Shown here one piece after another: positions 61,601 through 64,000 of a DNA stretch of 64,000 nucleotides; the first letter of the stretch is position 1, and every line of letters starts with the position of its first letter. A program made the translations under genes and the position numbers. Origin of the DNA: Macrostomum lignano (taxonomy: Eukaryota); assembly GCA_002269645.1 (NCBI GenBank), contig NIVC01001371.1, positions 238,930 to 302,929 on the forward strand, written 5' to 3'. The notes under the pieces are model-generated. The model was given only the letters and a program-made list of their open reading frames with translations. It made no database searches and was not told the DNA's origin.

Positions 61601-64000
61601 AGGCATATCATAAAGACACGAAACCAGACATCAGGCATATCATAAAGACACGAAACCAGACATCAGGCATATCATAAAGACACGAAACCAGACATCAGGC
61701 ATATCATAAAGACACGAAACCAGACATCAGGCATATCATAAAGACACGAAACCAGACATCAGGCAGATCTAAAGACACGAAACCAGACATCAGGCATATC
61801 ATAAAGACACGAAACCAGACATCAGGCATATCATAAAGACACGAAACCAGACATCAGGCATATCATAAAGACACGAAACCAGACATCAGGCATATCTAAA
61901 GACACGAAACAGACATCAGGCATATCATAAAGACACGAAACCAGACATCAGGCAGATCTAAAGACACGAAACCAGACATCAGGCATATCATAAAGACACG
62001 AAACCAGACATCAGGCAGATCATAAAGACACGAAACAGACATCAGGCAGATATCATAAAGAGACACGAAACCAGACATCAGGCAGATCTAAAGACACGAA
62101 AACAGACATCAGGCATATCATAAAGACACGAAACCAGACATCAGCATATCATAAAGACACGAAACCAGACATCAGGCATATCATAAAGACACGAAACCAG
62201 ACATCAGGCAGATCTAAAGACACGAAACCAGACATCAGCATATCATAAAGACACGAAACAGACATCAGGCATATCATAAAGACACGAAACCAGACATCAG
62301 GCAGATCTAAAGACACGAAACCAGACATCAGACATATCATAAAGACACGAAACCAGACATCAGGCAGATCTAAAGACACGAAACAGACATCAGGCATATC
62401 ATAAAGACACGAAACCAGACATCAGGCATAGATCTAAAGACACGAAACCAGACATCAGCATATCATAAAGACACGAAACCAGACATCAGGCAGATCTAAA
62501 GACACGAAAACAGACATCAGGCATATCATAAAGACACGAAACCAGACATCAGGCATATCATAAAGACACGAAACCAGACATCAGCATATCATAAAGACAC
62601 GAAACAGACATCAGGCATATCATAAAGACACGAAACCAGACATCAGGCAGATCTAAAGACACGAAAACAGACATCAGGCATATCATAAAGACACGAAACC
62701 AGACATCAGGATATCATAAAGACACGAAACCAGACATCAGCATATCATAAAGACACGAAACCAGACATCAGGCAGATCTAAAGACACGAAAACAGACATC
62801 AGGCATATCATAAAGACACGAAACCAGACATCAGGCATATCATAAAGACACGAAACCAGACATCAGGCATATCATAAAGACACGAAACCAGACATCAGGC
62901 ATATCATAAAGACACGAAACCAGACATCAGGCATATCATAAAGACACGAAAACAGACATCAGGCAGATCTAAAGACACGAAACCCGACATCAGGCATATC
63001 ATAAAGACACGAAACCAGACATCAGGCATATCATAAAGACACGAAACCAGACATCAGGCATATCATAAAGACACGAAACCAGACATCAGGCATATCATAA
63101 AGACACGAAACCAGACATCAGCATATCTAAAGACACGAAACCAGACATCAGGCATATCATAAAGACACGAAACCAGACATCAGGCATATCTAAAGACACG
63201 AAACAGACATCAGGCATATCATAAAGACACGAAACCAGACATCAGGCATATCATAAAGACACGAAACCAGACATCAGGCATATCATAAAGACACGAAACC
63301 AGACATCAGGCAGCATATCATAAAGACACGAAACCAGACATCAGGCATATCATAAAGACACGAAACCAGACATCAGGCATATCAAAGACACGAAACCAGA
63401 CATCAGGCATATCATAAAGACACGAAACCAGACATCAGGCATATCATAAAGACACGAAACCAGACATCAGGCATATCATAAAGACACGAAACCAGACATC
63501 AGGCATATCATAAAGACACGAAACCAGACATCAGGCATATCATAAAGACACGAAACCAGACATCAGGCATATCATAAAGACACGAAACCAGACATCAGGC
63601 ATATCATAAAGACACGAAACCAGACATCAGGCATATCATAAAGACACGAAACAGACATCAGGCATATCATAAAGACACGAAACCAGACATCAGGCATATC
63701 ATAAAGACACGAAACCAGACATCAGGCATATCATAAAGACACGAAACCAGACATCAGGCATATCATAAAGACACGAAACCAGACATCAGGCATATCATAA
63801 AGACACGAAACCAGACATCAGGCATATCATAAAGACACGAAACCAGACATCAGGCATATCTAAAGACACGAAACAGACATCAGGCAGATCTAAAGACACG
63901 AAACCAGACATCAGGCATATCATAAAGACACGAAAACCAGACATCAGGCAGATCATAAAGACACGAAACCAGACATCAGGCATATCATAAAGACACGAAA
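52606..64000. repeat. Satellite array >11.3 kb: 32-bp unit A (aaagacacgaaaccagacatcaggcatatcat) and 31-bp unit B (aaagacacgaaaccagacatcaggcagatct)
   Basis: Continuous tandem copies to the window end; AB dimers (63 bp) produce the repeated 21-aa ORFs. Confidence 0.98.

Noticed and set aside
52468-63983. Repeated PDVWFRVFMICLMSGFVSLDL ORFs
   Set aside because: Product of 63-bp AB satellite dimers; they break wherever AA occurs.

Overview
Eukaryotic (animal) genomic DNA with GC-rich exons, GT-AG introns and many private minisatellites. The style fits a free-living flatworm such as Macrostomum, but that assignment is inference. Genes, with splice junctions checked by hand for frame: SEC24A/B-like (-, 5 exons, runs off the left edge), NF-YB (+), a 3-exon two-RRM protein (+), two orphan minus-strand genes (one with polyQ17), FAM78 (-), hnRNP K (+, 5 exons, one missing base in exon 4) and APC13 (+). 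Mobile DNA: six copies of a tRNA-derived CORE-SINE, several hAT MITEs (four with perfect 8-bp TSDs), a Merlin-like remnant, a decayed full-length mariner, a Ginger-like element nested in a hAT MITE, and a TA-flanked palindromic MITE. An 11.4-kb 31/32-bp satellite fills the right end. The most unusual signal is two sharply bounded domains (~5.6-9.8 kb and ~27.9-32.5 kb), each between divergent genes. In them C>T/G>A transitions have removed almost all CpG and many CpA/TpG dinucleotides (RIP-like), shown by comparing SINE, MITE and exon-repeat copies inside versus outside. Other leads: minisatellite units cluster at 21-22, 31-33 and 42-44 bp; NF-YB and APC13 begin at phase-0 acceptors with no convincing ATG of their own (possible spliced-leader AUG); and a minisatellite grew from a SINE A-box just upstream of hnRNP K.
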